A stretch of 64,000 bases of DNA from Torpedo marmorata (lineage: Eukaryota), in contig OZ360225.1 of the NCBI GenBank assembly GCA_977017645.1, positions 126,418,001 to 126,482,000 on the forward strand. Direction: 5' to 3'. The translations under genes and the position numbers were made by a program. Below are positions 49,812-61,680 of the stretch, piece by piece. The notes under the pieces were generated by a model that saw only the letters and a list, made by a program, of their open reading frames with translations, searched no databases and was not told the origin of the DNA. Positions within the stretch are counted from its first letter, which is position 1. Each line of letters begins with the position of its first letter.

Positions 49812-50089
49812 TCAGGCTTTGTTAGACCCAATGCAGGCAACTTCTTTCCCTTCCAACACCTAAAAACAGAGCTCCACAGCAAGCCCAAGACTCAGATTTC
49901 CAAGAAATGTAAAATTGTTTCATCACAAAAGAAGGCCATTGGGCCCTTTAAAACAATGCTGGTGTTTTGCAACTGCAAAACAGTTAGTACGACCCCCCAC
50001 TCCCTACAAGTTTATTACTTCAAGTACCTATTGAATTCCCTTCCAAAATAAACTATGAAATCTATTTTTAACACTTACTGTTGCAGATG

Positions 50090-50330
50090 AGGGCTGCACG
50101 GTTAGCGTAGCGTTTAGCACAACACTATTAGAGCGCCAGCGACGCAGGTTTGAATCAATGCTGTCTGTAAGAAGTTTGTACGTTCTCCTTGTGTATGTGA
50201 GGGTTTCTTCCGGATGCGCCAGTTTCCTCCTTCATTCCAAAGATGTACAGGGGTTAGTAGGTTAATTGGTCACATGGGTATATTTGGCTTGAGGGACGGA
50301 AGGGCCGGTTACCATGCTGTATCTCTAAAT
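50090..50330 (+). mobile_element. tRNA-derived SINE (V-SINE-like)
   Basis: gcacggttagcgtagcgtttagc...ggtttgaatc...gctgtctgtaagaagtttgtacgttctcc...ctgtatctctaaa. Confidence 0.8.
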
Positions 50331-51236
50331 ACCCACTGAGGAAGAATATTTTTCCTCATGTCCTATTCGTTCTGCCAAACATTTTTCTCTTCTTCTCCTG
50401 TCCTGTTACAATTGTTCTATGTTAAGAAGAAATGCATGCACTTTTTGATCTGGCACAGTGGCACAGGATAAAAGGCACACCAGACTGTTTTGAGATGAAT
50501 GAGTCCTGCCTGCATCTTTGGTGTCAGGCATGCTCCATTACAACTTTTTTATGACACGGATGATTGATCCCTATCCAAGGAGTGAAATGACTTGCCATTC
50601 CCAAACATCTTGGGTTTTTCATACTGCCCCCAAGATGGTGTGGATGTAACTGATGGCTCTCTGCACCACAGACTCCAAGGATCCATATGCACAAACGCCT
50701 GCTGCAGGTTTTCAGTGGAAAAGGAGATGAATTCAGCAAAAAAAATCTGCTGCAGCAGGAGATGTGATTTCTCAATTTTTCAGATGATCAATTAAGCATT
50801 CCCCAATCTCATTCCTATGTACTCCTTTCTTCATATAAATTATATCACTGAACTGCTTTTAGCACTTTATCTTCAGCTCTTCCTTGTCCTCATAACTCTT
50901 CTCAGCCAACAAAACAAACCATTCTGAAGATAAGAGGAGCATTATCCACAAATGCCACAACTGTTGTTGGTTTTTGGGATGAATAAAAAAATAAAGAGCA
51001 ATGGAATGTGAATTATCCAGAATGATCTTATAAATGACACTTTCCCATTAATCCATCTCTTTTTCTTTCCATTCCATGGACATCAAAGTAGAGTGAAATG
51101 TGCTGATGTTATATAATATATTTGGCAAGATTGAATGGGGATAAAATTCGATGCATTGGTTTCTCTAACATATTCAATGGAAGCTTTCCATAGGTACATC
51201 TTTTATCCATAACACACTTCTTGCCAGTTTCATTTT

Positions 51237-52240
51237 TACACAAAAATGCTGGAGAAACTCAGCAAGTTACGTAGCGTTCTTTATGTAACAAAGATCAAGA
51301 TACATAACCAATGTTTCAGGCCCGAGCCCTTCATCAAGGTATGAGCAAAAGGCAGGCAGGTGCCTGAATAAAATGGTGAGGGAATGAACAGGGGGAGGAG
51401 CACAGGCTCATAGGCAAGAGGTCATAGGTGGATATGCGTGGGAGGGCACAAGCGAAAAAAACTGAGAAGTAATAGAGGGAGGGAATAGTTCTCTGAAAGG
51501 AGAGGGAAGAGGGTGGAGAGCTAAGGGAAAGGATACAGAAGGATGGGGAAGAGAGGTAGACAGGAGAGTGGCCTAACTGAAACCAGAGAAGTCGATGTTA
51601 ATGCCATCCAGTTTGAGAGTGCCCAGACAGAATATTAGGTGTTGCTCCTCCAATTTGCAGGTGGTCTCGGTTTGGCTGTGCATGAGGCCATGGACAGACA
51701 TGTCGGCGCAGGAGTGGGCCAAAGAATTGAAATGGTTGGCCACTGGGAGATCTCCGCCATTGCTGTGGACAGTGAAGGTGCTCAATGAAATGATCTCCCA
51801 GTCTGCCTCCAGTCTCTCTAATGTAGAGAAGTCCACAACAGGAGCACTGGATGCTCCTGTTACTTCACTTGGAAGGACTGTTTGGGGTGCTGAATGGTGG
51901 TGAGAGAGGAGGTGTGGGCACAAGTATAGCATTTCCAGCAGTTACAGGGGTACGTACAAAGGGGCGATTTGTGGGAAGGGAGGAGTGGACAAGGGAGTCA
52001 CAGAAGAAGCAGTCCCTGCAGAAGGCAGAGTGGGAAGGAGAGGGGAAGATGTGCCTGGGATCATGTTGTAGGTGACGGAAATTACGGAGGATAATATGTT
52101 GGATGCGAAGGCTAATGGGTGATAGGTAAGGACAAGGGGAATCCTGTCCTTGTTGCATCTTGGGGCAGAAAAGGCAGGAAATGGAGTAGATGCGGATAAG
52201 GGCTGAGTTGATGGTGGAAGAGGGGAAACCAGCTATAATG
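51237..52240 (-). mobile_element. Penelope-like element 3' part (RT C-terminus and GIY-YIG remnant, pLTR)
   Basis: Minus ORFs GFPSSTINSALIRI..., DLPVANHFNS...HSCADMSVHGL...KLEEQHLIFCLGTLKLDGINIDFSGF; pLTR with cttgatgaagggctcgggcctgaaac on the minus strand. Confidence 0.88.
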
Positions 52241-52339
52241 TGATAAATAAACAAAACTATCTATCTTTGAAAGCCAGTACATTGAGTAAAATTAAGCAAA
52301 GGGTCCTCCTCGGGAGGTTTCACGATGAACATAGAACAA

Positions 52340-52550
52340 AGGGGCGACACGGTTGGTGTAGCGGTTAGCACAACGCCAGCGATCGTGACCGGGGTTCAAA
52401 TCCCGCGCTGTCTGTAAGGAGTTTGCACGTTCTCCCCGTACAAACTCTCCCACCATTCGAAACCTACCGGGGGTGTAGGTTAATTGGGTGTAAATTGGGC
52501 AGCATGGACTCGTGGGTCGAAAGAGCCTGTTACCGTGCTGTATGTCTGAA
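52340..52550 (+). mobile_element. tRNA-derived SINE (V-SINE-like)
   Basis: ggggcgacacggttggtgtagcggttagc...ggggttcaaatccc (B box)...gtctgtaaggagtttgcacgttctcc. Confidence 0.85.
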
Positions 52551-52859
52551 GAAAACATTTTTTTCACTCTTCTTATAAAGAGAGCACAAGGACATTTTAG
52601 GGCTCTGGAGGGAGGGCTTATTGATCTTTCCCCCTACATGGAAGACAATCAGCATCAAGTTTATAACAAGATAGCATGGAATAAAAAGCCAGTCATTCTG
52701 TAGTAGTTGCCACTGGCATATTAAAAGGATGTGCCCCTCGACACGTATGGAAACTATGCAAAAGAATAGTTGGTGCGATTTATTTATTTTTTAAGACCTG
52801 CCTTCATTGGCAAACCTTTCATTTTTGCCCATCTTCAAAAAGTATAATGGAACAACTTT

Positions 52860-53770
52860 ATTCTATTGCAGCATTTCTTCTGGTGCAGGCATACCCATAA
52901 TGCTGTGGGGTAGTAAATTCCAGTATTTATCCCCAATGATGATGAAGGACCAGCTCTGAATGTAATTTCGAGGTAGATATATGGGTGGTGATGTTCCCAT
53001 GAGCCTGCTCCAGGTATTTCTTAATGGTAGAGGTTGCTGGCTTAAGAGATGCTGTCAGAGTAGCCAAGGCAAGGAACTGTGGTGCATTTTGTAGATGGTA
53101 CAGCCTGCAACCTTGGTTCAATGCTGAGGGAGAATAAAAGTTTATGAATGTGGTCAACATGGGTGTCAATCAAACTGCTTTGTCCTGAACGGTGTCAGTT
53201 TCTCATCAATATTTTTGTAGCTGCTGTCATCCACGCAAATTGAGAATATTCCATCTTGGGTCATGCAGATGTGGAAAAACTTTGATGTATTAAATAAGTC
53301 ACTTGGCACAGGTTACCTGCTCTGGGAACCACAATATTTTAATGGCTGGACCAGCTGAATTTCTGGTCAATTATGAGTCAAGTGGATGTTGATGGAAAAT
53401 TTGGAAGGCCATTGAATATCGAGAGTAGATGGTAACATGGTCTTGTTAAAGACATGAATGCTGATCCCTTTAGGTTGTGAATATTACTTGCCTTGCATGA
53501 ATGTTTTCTTTGTCCTGCTGCATGTAGGCATGGCCGTTTATTTGCTGAGGATTTGGAAACAGAATTGAACATTGTGGAGTCATCAGCAAATATCCCCAGT
53601 TCTGATCTAATGATATAGGTAAGGTCATTGGTCCAACAGCTGACAATGATTGGAGCAAAAACATGACAGTTCTATCCTGGATGATTGACCTCCAATCACA
53701 ACCATCATGCAATATATGACTCCATCCATTGGAATGTTTACCCCTTGATGTCCTTTGACCAATCTCTCCT
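52860..53770 (-). mobile_element. Old non-LTR (CR1/L2-group) RT fragment
   Basis: catcagcaaatatcccc reads GIFADD on the minus strand; gctgtaccatctacaaaatgcac 3' motif; heavily degenerate. Confidence 0.55.
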
Positions 53771-54134
53771 CTATTTTTTCCTGATTTCCCAAACTCCACC
53801 TGCCCCACCAGCCCCAGCCTCGATGCCTCCACTTTTTAAACAAGGTGCCAATATCTGGACAGCTACTGCTATTGCACAAAAACACTCCACACCCCATGAC
53901 ACAACTAATCTGGCATGACCAGGCTTCTGATCTCCAGGATGCAAACAATCATACCCCTGGTAGGCCATCTATCTCCAGCCATAGTATCCCACAAGCTGCA
54001 GACTCTAGTTGTGCATCCAATATCTTGGCAGCCATTAATCCCACTTCATCCACCCAAACGCCGCTTCCACCCCCTCCCAATAGTTGTTCATGTCTGTAAT
54101 CATTGGACTTCTCTTGTTCCCAATGTTCCTGATG

Positions 54135-54920
54135 TAGATACAGCGCTCATGCGGAGTCCAGCCGCCCAGTCGACTGCTGTCAGCTCCGCACGGGCTTTGA
54201 ATGGCCCATTGAGGGAGCCGACGGTGGTTTTATTTGAGATCCCGCAACCGTGGGGTCTGCGCGCAAGATGGCAGCGCCTTTTAACCGGCAGCAGCCACGA
54301 GGGGCTGCAGACTCCGGGGAAGCGGAGGACTGGAGCAGGGCACCAGAGGACGGAAAGATCAACCCCCGTCTGAGAAGGAGAAGCGAAGGAGATGACCCAC
54401 GGGACGGTGACCACGGCGGTGGACCAGTGAGGGGCTCTGAGGCTAAAGGACCAGTGCATGCGGCAGGCTGCTGGTGACTCGAGGCGAGGAACCTGTGGAG
54501 GCTGTGGGCTGCTGGTGACTGCTGTCGGGGGACACACGCCAGGCTGCGGACTGCTGGAGGCTGGCTCGAACTGGCTGGATGAGTAGCAGGTATCGGAACC
54601 GGGATGCGAAGGGGTGCCGAGGGCGCCGAAGTGTTTCTGACTGTATCGGAGGTTCGGATCTGGAGCTTGGGTTGCCGATGGTTTGGACTAGACTCTGAGT
54701 GGCTGCGGAGGCTGCGGAAGCGCTGGAGGCAAATCTACGGACACTCGATGACTCTGGGGGGATTCTCTTTTGCTTCTCTCTCTCTGACTGTAAGGAATGT
54801 TAGAGGCGCTTAGGCAATTTCTGCCGGTGGCGAATCTGTCTGCCTTGCAGCAGGCAAAAAGAAATTTCATGGAATATGACACTGTCTTATTACTATGATA
54901 ATAAATTGAATCTTGAATCT
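54135..54920 (+). mobile_element. CpG-rich non-coding retroposon with Rex1-type 3' tail
   Basis: GC/CpG-rich body (gcgcaagatggcagcgcc) ending aaagaaatttcat...atgataataaa(ttgaatc)n, like the Rex1 tails; no RT coding sequence. Confidence 0.6.
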
Positions 54921-55354
54921 TCCTGAAGTTTGTAGCATCAGGTCTGTGACAGAAACAGGAACCACAATTTTGCTTCAAACAACAATGTCTATGTCACAGA
55001 GTTCAAGCTAAAGCTTTACTTTCATCCTGTCTCCTGATTCTACATCACCATAGAACTAACTCCGCTCAAATATCCAGATCTATCATTCAAACTATGCAGA
55101 AAGTAACATATTTCACCCAAATTAACTACCATACCTTCGTTAAACCTAATATGTTACTCTTTATTTCTGATCTTCTCAACATACAAGAGAATTAAATCCT
55201 GTAACTAAAGCTTTCACAAAAAAATGTTATGTACTCCTTCAAGTTTTCAAATTGGAATCCTTTGGACACCTTATGATCAATGAGCAGTTTTGTGAAAACA
55301 TATTTTTTGATCAGTTGATTTTAAACTATGCCTCAAATATTTGGTTATTTTGAT

Positions 55355-55572
55355 CAGCCATTCTAAACCTTATATTGGCTATGGCCTCCCTTAGGTTTCT
55401 ATCAAAATGTATGGGCCCCCTTTCCCTGTGAAGTAGTCAAGTTTAGTTGGTTTCTTCCGTTCTTCTCTGCTACCGACGACATAAAAATATGATAAATATT
55501 TAGGATTTCAATCCGTGCCCCCCCCCTTGAAATGTGGGAGGGGGGGCATATGATCCCCATTGAGAATGGCTG
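55355..55572. mobile_element. hAT MITE, family A copy 3
   Basis: TIRs cagccattctaaacc / ttgagaatggctg; body matches copies 1 and 2. Confidence 0.8.
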
Positions 55573-55810
55573 GTTTGGAGCACAATTATGGAGAACTATG
55601 ATTTTCCATTTATTTTGATTCCCTGAAAACATTAATTTTTGCACTTCAAGTTTGCGCTAATTTTTATGATATTTTTTCATGGATTTGTTAAATCTGTGGG
55701 AGGTTTTGATGGTTTGTCAGTCAATTTATGTGAAGATGCAAATGATTAATTAGCTACACGTCCAGGTGTAAAGATTATATTAGTTTCTTTGGATTTAATA
55801 ATGCTAATAC

Positions 55811-55813
55811 ATA

Positions 55814-55860
<47 letters not shown>
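55811..55860. repeat. (TA)n microsatellite
   Basis: Direct observation. Confidence 0.97.
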
Positions 55861-55863
<3 letters not shown>

Positions 55864-57732
55864 ACAGATCTCCTGCAATGTCATTTTGCATTTCTGAGGT
55901 GAGGTAGTAACTGAGTCAAATGTTCAGGTAGGTGGGCAAAAAATTGAAAGATGGAGCTTATTTCAGTTACCAATATGGCTGCACTTAATTACTGTAAGAA
56001 CTGTAACAGGAAAGATGTGGGCTGGGCACATTAGACCAAAGTCCTGTAATTCAGAGCGCAATAACCTCTTTCGTGGATATCTATGCCTAGACGAATAGCA
56101 AGGCTTTAGGTATTCTGGAAATCTATTTTTTAAGGTGCTTGGAAGCTGACGGAGAGGAGCATCAGAACTCTAAACTACTCTGCCTGCGCCTGTCAGTGAG
56201 AGCAGCCATTAATTTTCTGGCTACTTGGTTCTTTCAGGCACCAGCAGATGATTTATTTTCTTGTATATAAGATAAGGCACCATGTCCACCTGCATTCAAG
56301 AGGTGACTGATGCAGTGTTCTAGAAGACTCACAGGTCCATCCATTTCAAAAATATGGATAAGAAACAGTTACAACATTATGAAAAGTGGTAGATCCTTTG
56401 TAGTTTACTGCCCCCTGCATACTTTAATCATTCAGTAAAACATGCACCTGGACATGAATAAGGAATGTCCTATGGCAGGCCCATGTACCAACTGAAGGGA
56501 TGCCAGTGCTACATGAGGTTTATTGAGCAAATTAATTTTTATTTTAATCGAAGGAGTCACATTTGTCAATGCAATTGTGGTTATCATGTATTGAATACTG
56601 TAACTGTTTTATCTGATTCAATGTTAGTCATTAATCAGATGGCAAGGACAAACTTTATGTCGTCAACTGAATTCTTCAAAATCTTGTACCATTTAATTCT
56701 AAGTAAGGACAAACATTTGGAAAATCGGAAACATCCATTATTGACTATTTATTGCGATTCTTTGGAATATTTTTATGCCCATTTTATTTTGTTATCATAT
56801 GACAAATGTATGCTTCTCACTGCACTTCGAGGGCTACTTTCCTGGCCCTTCCATGATACCAGTTCCATTGAAGGAACCTTGATGATGTAATTTGGATTGT
56901 GAGTGTTATGAGAAAGAAGCATCAACATACCTCAAAACATGTTTGCAGAATGGTTCTTAAGTGGATATATAACTTGAACTGTCCGATTCAAAAATTAAAT
57001 AGGAGGAGCAGCAAGTAAAGTGCAATATGCAACACAAAGGAACCCTCTTCGACTGTCAGGATGCAATCATCTTCCTGCAGTTTGGATAAGGATCCACTCC
57101 ACCCCTTGATGGGGCCTCAGATGGAGAAGTGTTCTGTGCACGAATGTTAGAAAATGTTGCAGGTCTTGCCAACTTTGTAGGTAGAGATGTGAAGTCAGGG
57201 CGGAACTGTCAAGGAAGTCTGCACTAAATCATAGAATCACAGCACAGGCAAATACCATTAAATCCATTGATCCCACATTAAATCCCCTCAAGACCAATCC
57301 AAACAGTCCTATTCTCAACTCTTGAATCATAATTGAATCTGTCCCCACCATCTTTCATGCAATGAATTCCAGATCATTGCCACATACATGATAAAATTCT
57401 CTTCTTACCTCTGCTTCCTTTGACAATCACTTTAAGTCAATGTCAACATTTTCTTCACCCTTTTATCAATGGAAATATGTTTTATTTACACTCTGTGCCG
57501 ATTCCTGAATATCTCTATCAAAACAATTCAACCCTCAACTCTCTCTGCCCGAAGAAAAATTCCTAGATTCTTCACTTTATTAAAGTTACCTAAGTCCTTT
57601 ATCTGCTCTAATCTTTGCTTCTTTCCTTGCATAATTTTAATTAGACAAAGTTTTAATATATTTTTTTACTTCTTCACAGTATACTTCAATTTATAGAGCT
57701 AAGGACCTCACATGCTTCTATTAACCCTTTGG

Positions 57733-57840
57733 ACTCCATGTCCCTGTTTTCAGGGACTACCTACAACCGCATATACTCCGTGTCCCAGTTTTCAGGGACT
57801 ACCTACAACCGCATATACTCCATGTCCCAGTTTTCAGGGA
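57733..57840 (+). repeat. 42-bp tandem repeat, about 2.6 copies
   Basis: Unit actccRtgtcccWgttttcagggactacctacaaccgcatat. Confidence 0.9.
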
Positions 57841-58374
57841 CAACCACTGGTTTTATACCCAACCACCAGCTGGATCGTAAAAATGGCCAGAGTCCAAAGG
57901 ATTAAACTAGATTCCCAACCTCTCTTGCCTCCCTCATAGACTTCTTGCATCACCTTCAGAATTGTACGACTGCACGGCTAGGTTCGACAACAGCACCATT
58001 TACAAATTTGCTGATGAAACAACAGTAGTGGGCTGTATAAAAAGGGGTGATGAGGCAGCATACAGGATGGAGATTGAAAACTTGGCTGAATGGTGTACAG
58101 TACTAACAACTTCACACTCAATGTCACCAAAACCAAGGAGCTCATTGTGGACTTCAGGAGGGGAAAACCTTAGGTATATGATCCAGGGATCATTGGGGGA
58201 TCAGAGTGGAGAGGGTGAGCAAATTTAAATTCCTGGCAGTCACTATTTTGGAGAACCTTTCCTGGACCTAACACACAACTGCTATCATGAGGTTTCGTAT
58301 GACATCGAAAACCTTGGCAAATTTCTACAGATGTGTAGTGAAAAGTGTGCTGACCAGCTGCATAATGGCCTGGT

Positions 58375-58626
58375 AACAGCACCAATAGCCTGAATACGAC
58401 TGGGATTGTCTGATCTCGGAAGCTAAGCAGGCACAGGACTGGTCAGTACTTGGAGGGGAGACCGCCAAGGAACACCAGGTGCTGTAGGTTTCTGTAAGGG
58501 GCGCTGGACAAAGTAGCGACTCTCTGTCTGCCTTACGGTAGACAAAAATTGAAGAATTTCATGTATGTTACATTCTAAAATGTAGTATTACGTGACAATA
58601 ATGGAACCTTTACCTTTACCTTTACC
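58375..58626 (+). mobile_element. 5S rRNA-derived SINE (SINE3), copy 2
   Basis: Near-identical to 40464-40712; (ctttac)n tail. Confidence 0.9.
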
Positions 58627-58801
58627 AATACCTCTGAGCGGAAAGCCCTGCAAAAGGTAGTGGACACAGCCCAATACATCACAGGCAAAACATTCCCCAC
58701 CATATGGAACACTGCCATGGGAGAGCAGCAGCAATCATCAAGGATCCACACCACCCAGGAGATGCTCTATTCTCGCTGCTGCCATCAGGAAAGAGGTACA
58801 G

Positions 58802-59569
58802 ATCAGAATCAGAATTTATTGTCATGAACATGTCACAAAATTTGTTGTTTTACAGCAGCATCACAGTGCAAATATTGCTCTAAATTACATTTCAAAAATA
58901 AATAAATAGTGCAAAAAAAAAGAAGAAAGTGAGGTAGTGTTTGTGCTTCATTGTCCATTCAGAAATCTGGTGGGAAAGGGGAAGGAGCTGTTTTTGTGTC
59001 GCTGGGTGCTCGTCTTCAGGCTCCTGTTCCTTTTTCCTGATGGTAGCAGTGTGAAGAGGTCATGGCCTGGGTGGTGGAGGTCATTGAGGATAGAGGCTGC
59101 TTTCTTAAGATACCGCTCTTGTAGATGTCCTTGATGACGTGAAGACCAGTACCCATGATGTTGCAGGCTGAGTTAACAACTCTCTGGAGATTTTTCCTGT
59201 CCTGTGCATTGGCAACTCCATAGCAGTGATGCAACCCGACAGAATTCTCTCCACAGAACACCTGTAGAAACTTTCAATATTCTTTGGAGACATACCAAAT
59301 CTCCTCAAACTCCTCATGAAATATAGCTGCTGGCGAGCCTTCTTCATGATTGCATCGACATGGAAGCTCCAGGACAAATCCTCAGAGATGTTGACATCCA
59401 AGAATTTGAAGTTTTTGATCCTCTTCACTGCTGACCCCTCGATAAGCACTGGGTCGTGTTCTCTTGATTTCCTCCTGAAGTCAACAATCAGCTCCTTGCT
59501 TTTGCTAATGTTGAGTTCAAGGTTGTTGTTGTGACATCACTCAACTATCTGATCTATCTCCCTCCTGTA
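58802..59569 (-). mobile_element. Rex1/Babar 3' fragment (antisense), nested
   Basis: Minus ORF FKFLDVNISEDLSWSFHVDAIMKKARQQLYF...; (atcaga)n plus tttattgtcatg at 58802-58826 is the tail. Confidence 0.9.
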
Positions 59570-59989
59570 TGCCACAAGACTTGTACCACTAGGTTCAGGA
59601 ACAGTTGCTACCTCTCCACCATCAACTTCTAAATAACCGATTCACTCAGAGACTCATTTAAGGACTCTTACTTTGCACATTATTTATGACTGAATATTTA
59701 GTTTTTTCTGTATTTGTACAGTCAGATTGTATACATTTCTTTCTTTGTTTACATTTCTCACTTTGTATACGTATCTTTTTCTTGAGTACAGTTTGCACTA
59801 CCGCTAAGTAGAAATTCTGCCTGGCACACAGGAAAAAGAATCTCAAGGTTGTATGTACTCTGAGAATGAATTTGAACTTTGTAATTTGCACCTCTTTATA
59901 TTTTATCTTCTTCTAGTCCACCTGTCAGGAGACACTTTCCTCCCCCTGAATATTTGTCCTTTTACTGGTGCATTGTAGCTGTGCCATGT

Positions 59990-61030
59990 ATGGCAGGATG
60001 TGACGAGTGGAGTGCCGCAGGGATCGGTGTTGGGTCCTCAGTTGTTTGTCATTTATGTAAATGATTTGGATGATGGGATTATTAATAACATGAGCAAATT
60101 TGCAGATGACACTAAACTGGGTGACGGTGTAAAGTGTGAAGAGGATGTCAGGAAAATGCAGAGGGACTTGGACAGGTTGGGGGAGTGGGCTGAAGAATGG
60201 AAGATGAAGTTCAATGTGAGCAAATGTGAGGTTATCCATTTTGGGGGCAGTAATAGGAAAGCTGAGTATTATTTAAATGGAGACAAGCTAGGGAGTGGGG
60301 AAGTGCAAATGGATCTGGGTGTACTTGTTCACCGGTCACTGAAGGCTAACATGCAGGTTCAGAAAGCTGTGAAGAAGGCAAATGGCATGTTGGCTTTCAT
60401 CAAGAGGGGATTGGAGTATAGGAGCAGAGACGCCCTTCTGCAGTTGTACAGGGCCCTTGTGAGACCCCACCTGGAGTATTGCGTCCAGTTCTGGTCTCCA
60501 AATTTGAGGAAGGACATACTAGCTATAGAGGGTGTGCAGCGCAGATTTACAAGGTTAGTTCCAGGGATGGCAGGGTTGACATATGCTGAAAGGTTAGAAA
60601 AACTAGACATATCCGATGGAGTTTAGAAGGATGAGGGGGGACATGATTGAGGTATACAAAATTATCAAGGGGATAGACAGGGTGAAGTCAGATTACTTGT
60701 TCCCAATGATGGGAGAGACAAGGACTAGAGGGCATAGTTTAAGAATACAGGGAAGGCCCTTTAGGACGGAGATGAGGAAAATTTTTTTTACCCAGAGAAG
60801 TGTGAATCTGTGGAATGCTCTGCCACAGAGGGTGGTAGAGGCAGATTCGCTGATTATGTTCAAAAGAGAGTTAGATAAATAAGACTCTAGTGGGCAGAGG
60901 AGTTAAGGGTTATGGGGATAAGGCTGGTAAGGGGTACTGATAGTAGTGATCAGCCATGATCTGTAAAATGGTGGTGCTGGCTCGACAGGCCGAAGGGCCT
61001 AGTCCAGCTCCTATTGTCTATTGTCTATTG
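59990..61030 (+). mobile_element. Young CR1 3' fragment (RT from VTSGVPQGSVLGP to the tail)
   Basis: GVPQGSVLGPQLF, KFADDTKLG, LYRALVRPHLEYCVQFWSP; (ctattgt)n tail. Confidence 0.95.
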
Positions 61031-61317
61031 TATCATCTTCAAGGCTTGCAGGACCCTATTTCAATACTTTCAGATAACACAAAGCTTGAACATTGTGGAA
61101 GGACATTTACCACAAAATACCTAGTCTGCAATTTCTCCTGGTCATATTTTTTCTTATCTTGTTCATCCAGTTAAGCTTCTGCTCAACAGTAAACTCCAGA
61201 CTGATGATTATTTCCCTGATGCTTTAATGTCACTTCCATTGTCTGACAATTGTGTTGCATGAGTGGTACTTGCCACTTATCACACCAAGCCTAAATATTT
61301 TCAAGGTTTATCTAAAG

Positions 61318-61680
61318 CAGGGGTGGGCAACCTTTTTTTAAAAACTCACATTCCACCTTAAGCAATCCCTATGCCATAAGTGCTCTGTGATTAGTAAGGG
61401 ATTGCTTAAGGTGGTATGTGAGTGGAAAGAAAAAGGTTTGAAAACCACTGTTTTAATTGTACCTAATTGACATGTTATGTGCACGGTTTCATAACTCCAA
61501 AGGAAATGGGCCAATGACAATTTTTCTCAAGCAAAATATTTCAGTAACAATTGGGTCTAGAGCAGTGGTTCTCAACCTTCCCTTCCCACTCACATACCAC
61601 CTTAAGCAATCCCTTACCAATCACAGAGCACTTATGGCATAGGGAATACTTAAGGTGGAATGTGAGTTTAAAAAAAAACA
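61318..61680. mobile_element. hAT MITE, family B copy 2
   Basis: Body near-identical to 11480-11805; left end caggggtgggcaacc; right end degenerate. Confidence 0.8.

Larger units (their letters stand above)
57960..59880 (+). mobile_element. Rex1/Babar fragment (sense) interrupted by a SINE3 and an antisense Rex1
   Basis: YDCTARFDNSTIYKFADETTVVG..., KALQKVVDTA, LLPSGKRY at ~58800, resuming as HKTxTTRFRNS at ~59570-59605; tail ends tttgaacttt. Confidence 0.8.

Noticed and set aside
53915-54978. Cluster of overlapping ORFs as a real gene
   Set aside because: The ORFs arise from high GC content in several frames and show no recognisable domain.
57733-57840. CRISPR-like array (also the gag repeats at 17752-18435)
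   Set aside because: These are contiguous tandem units without unique spacers, in a eukaryotic context with no cas genes.
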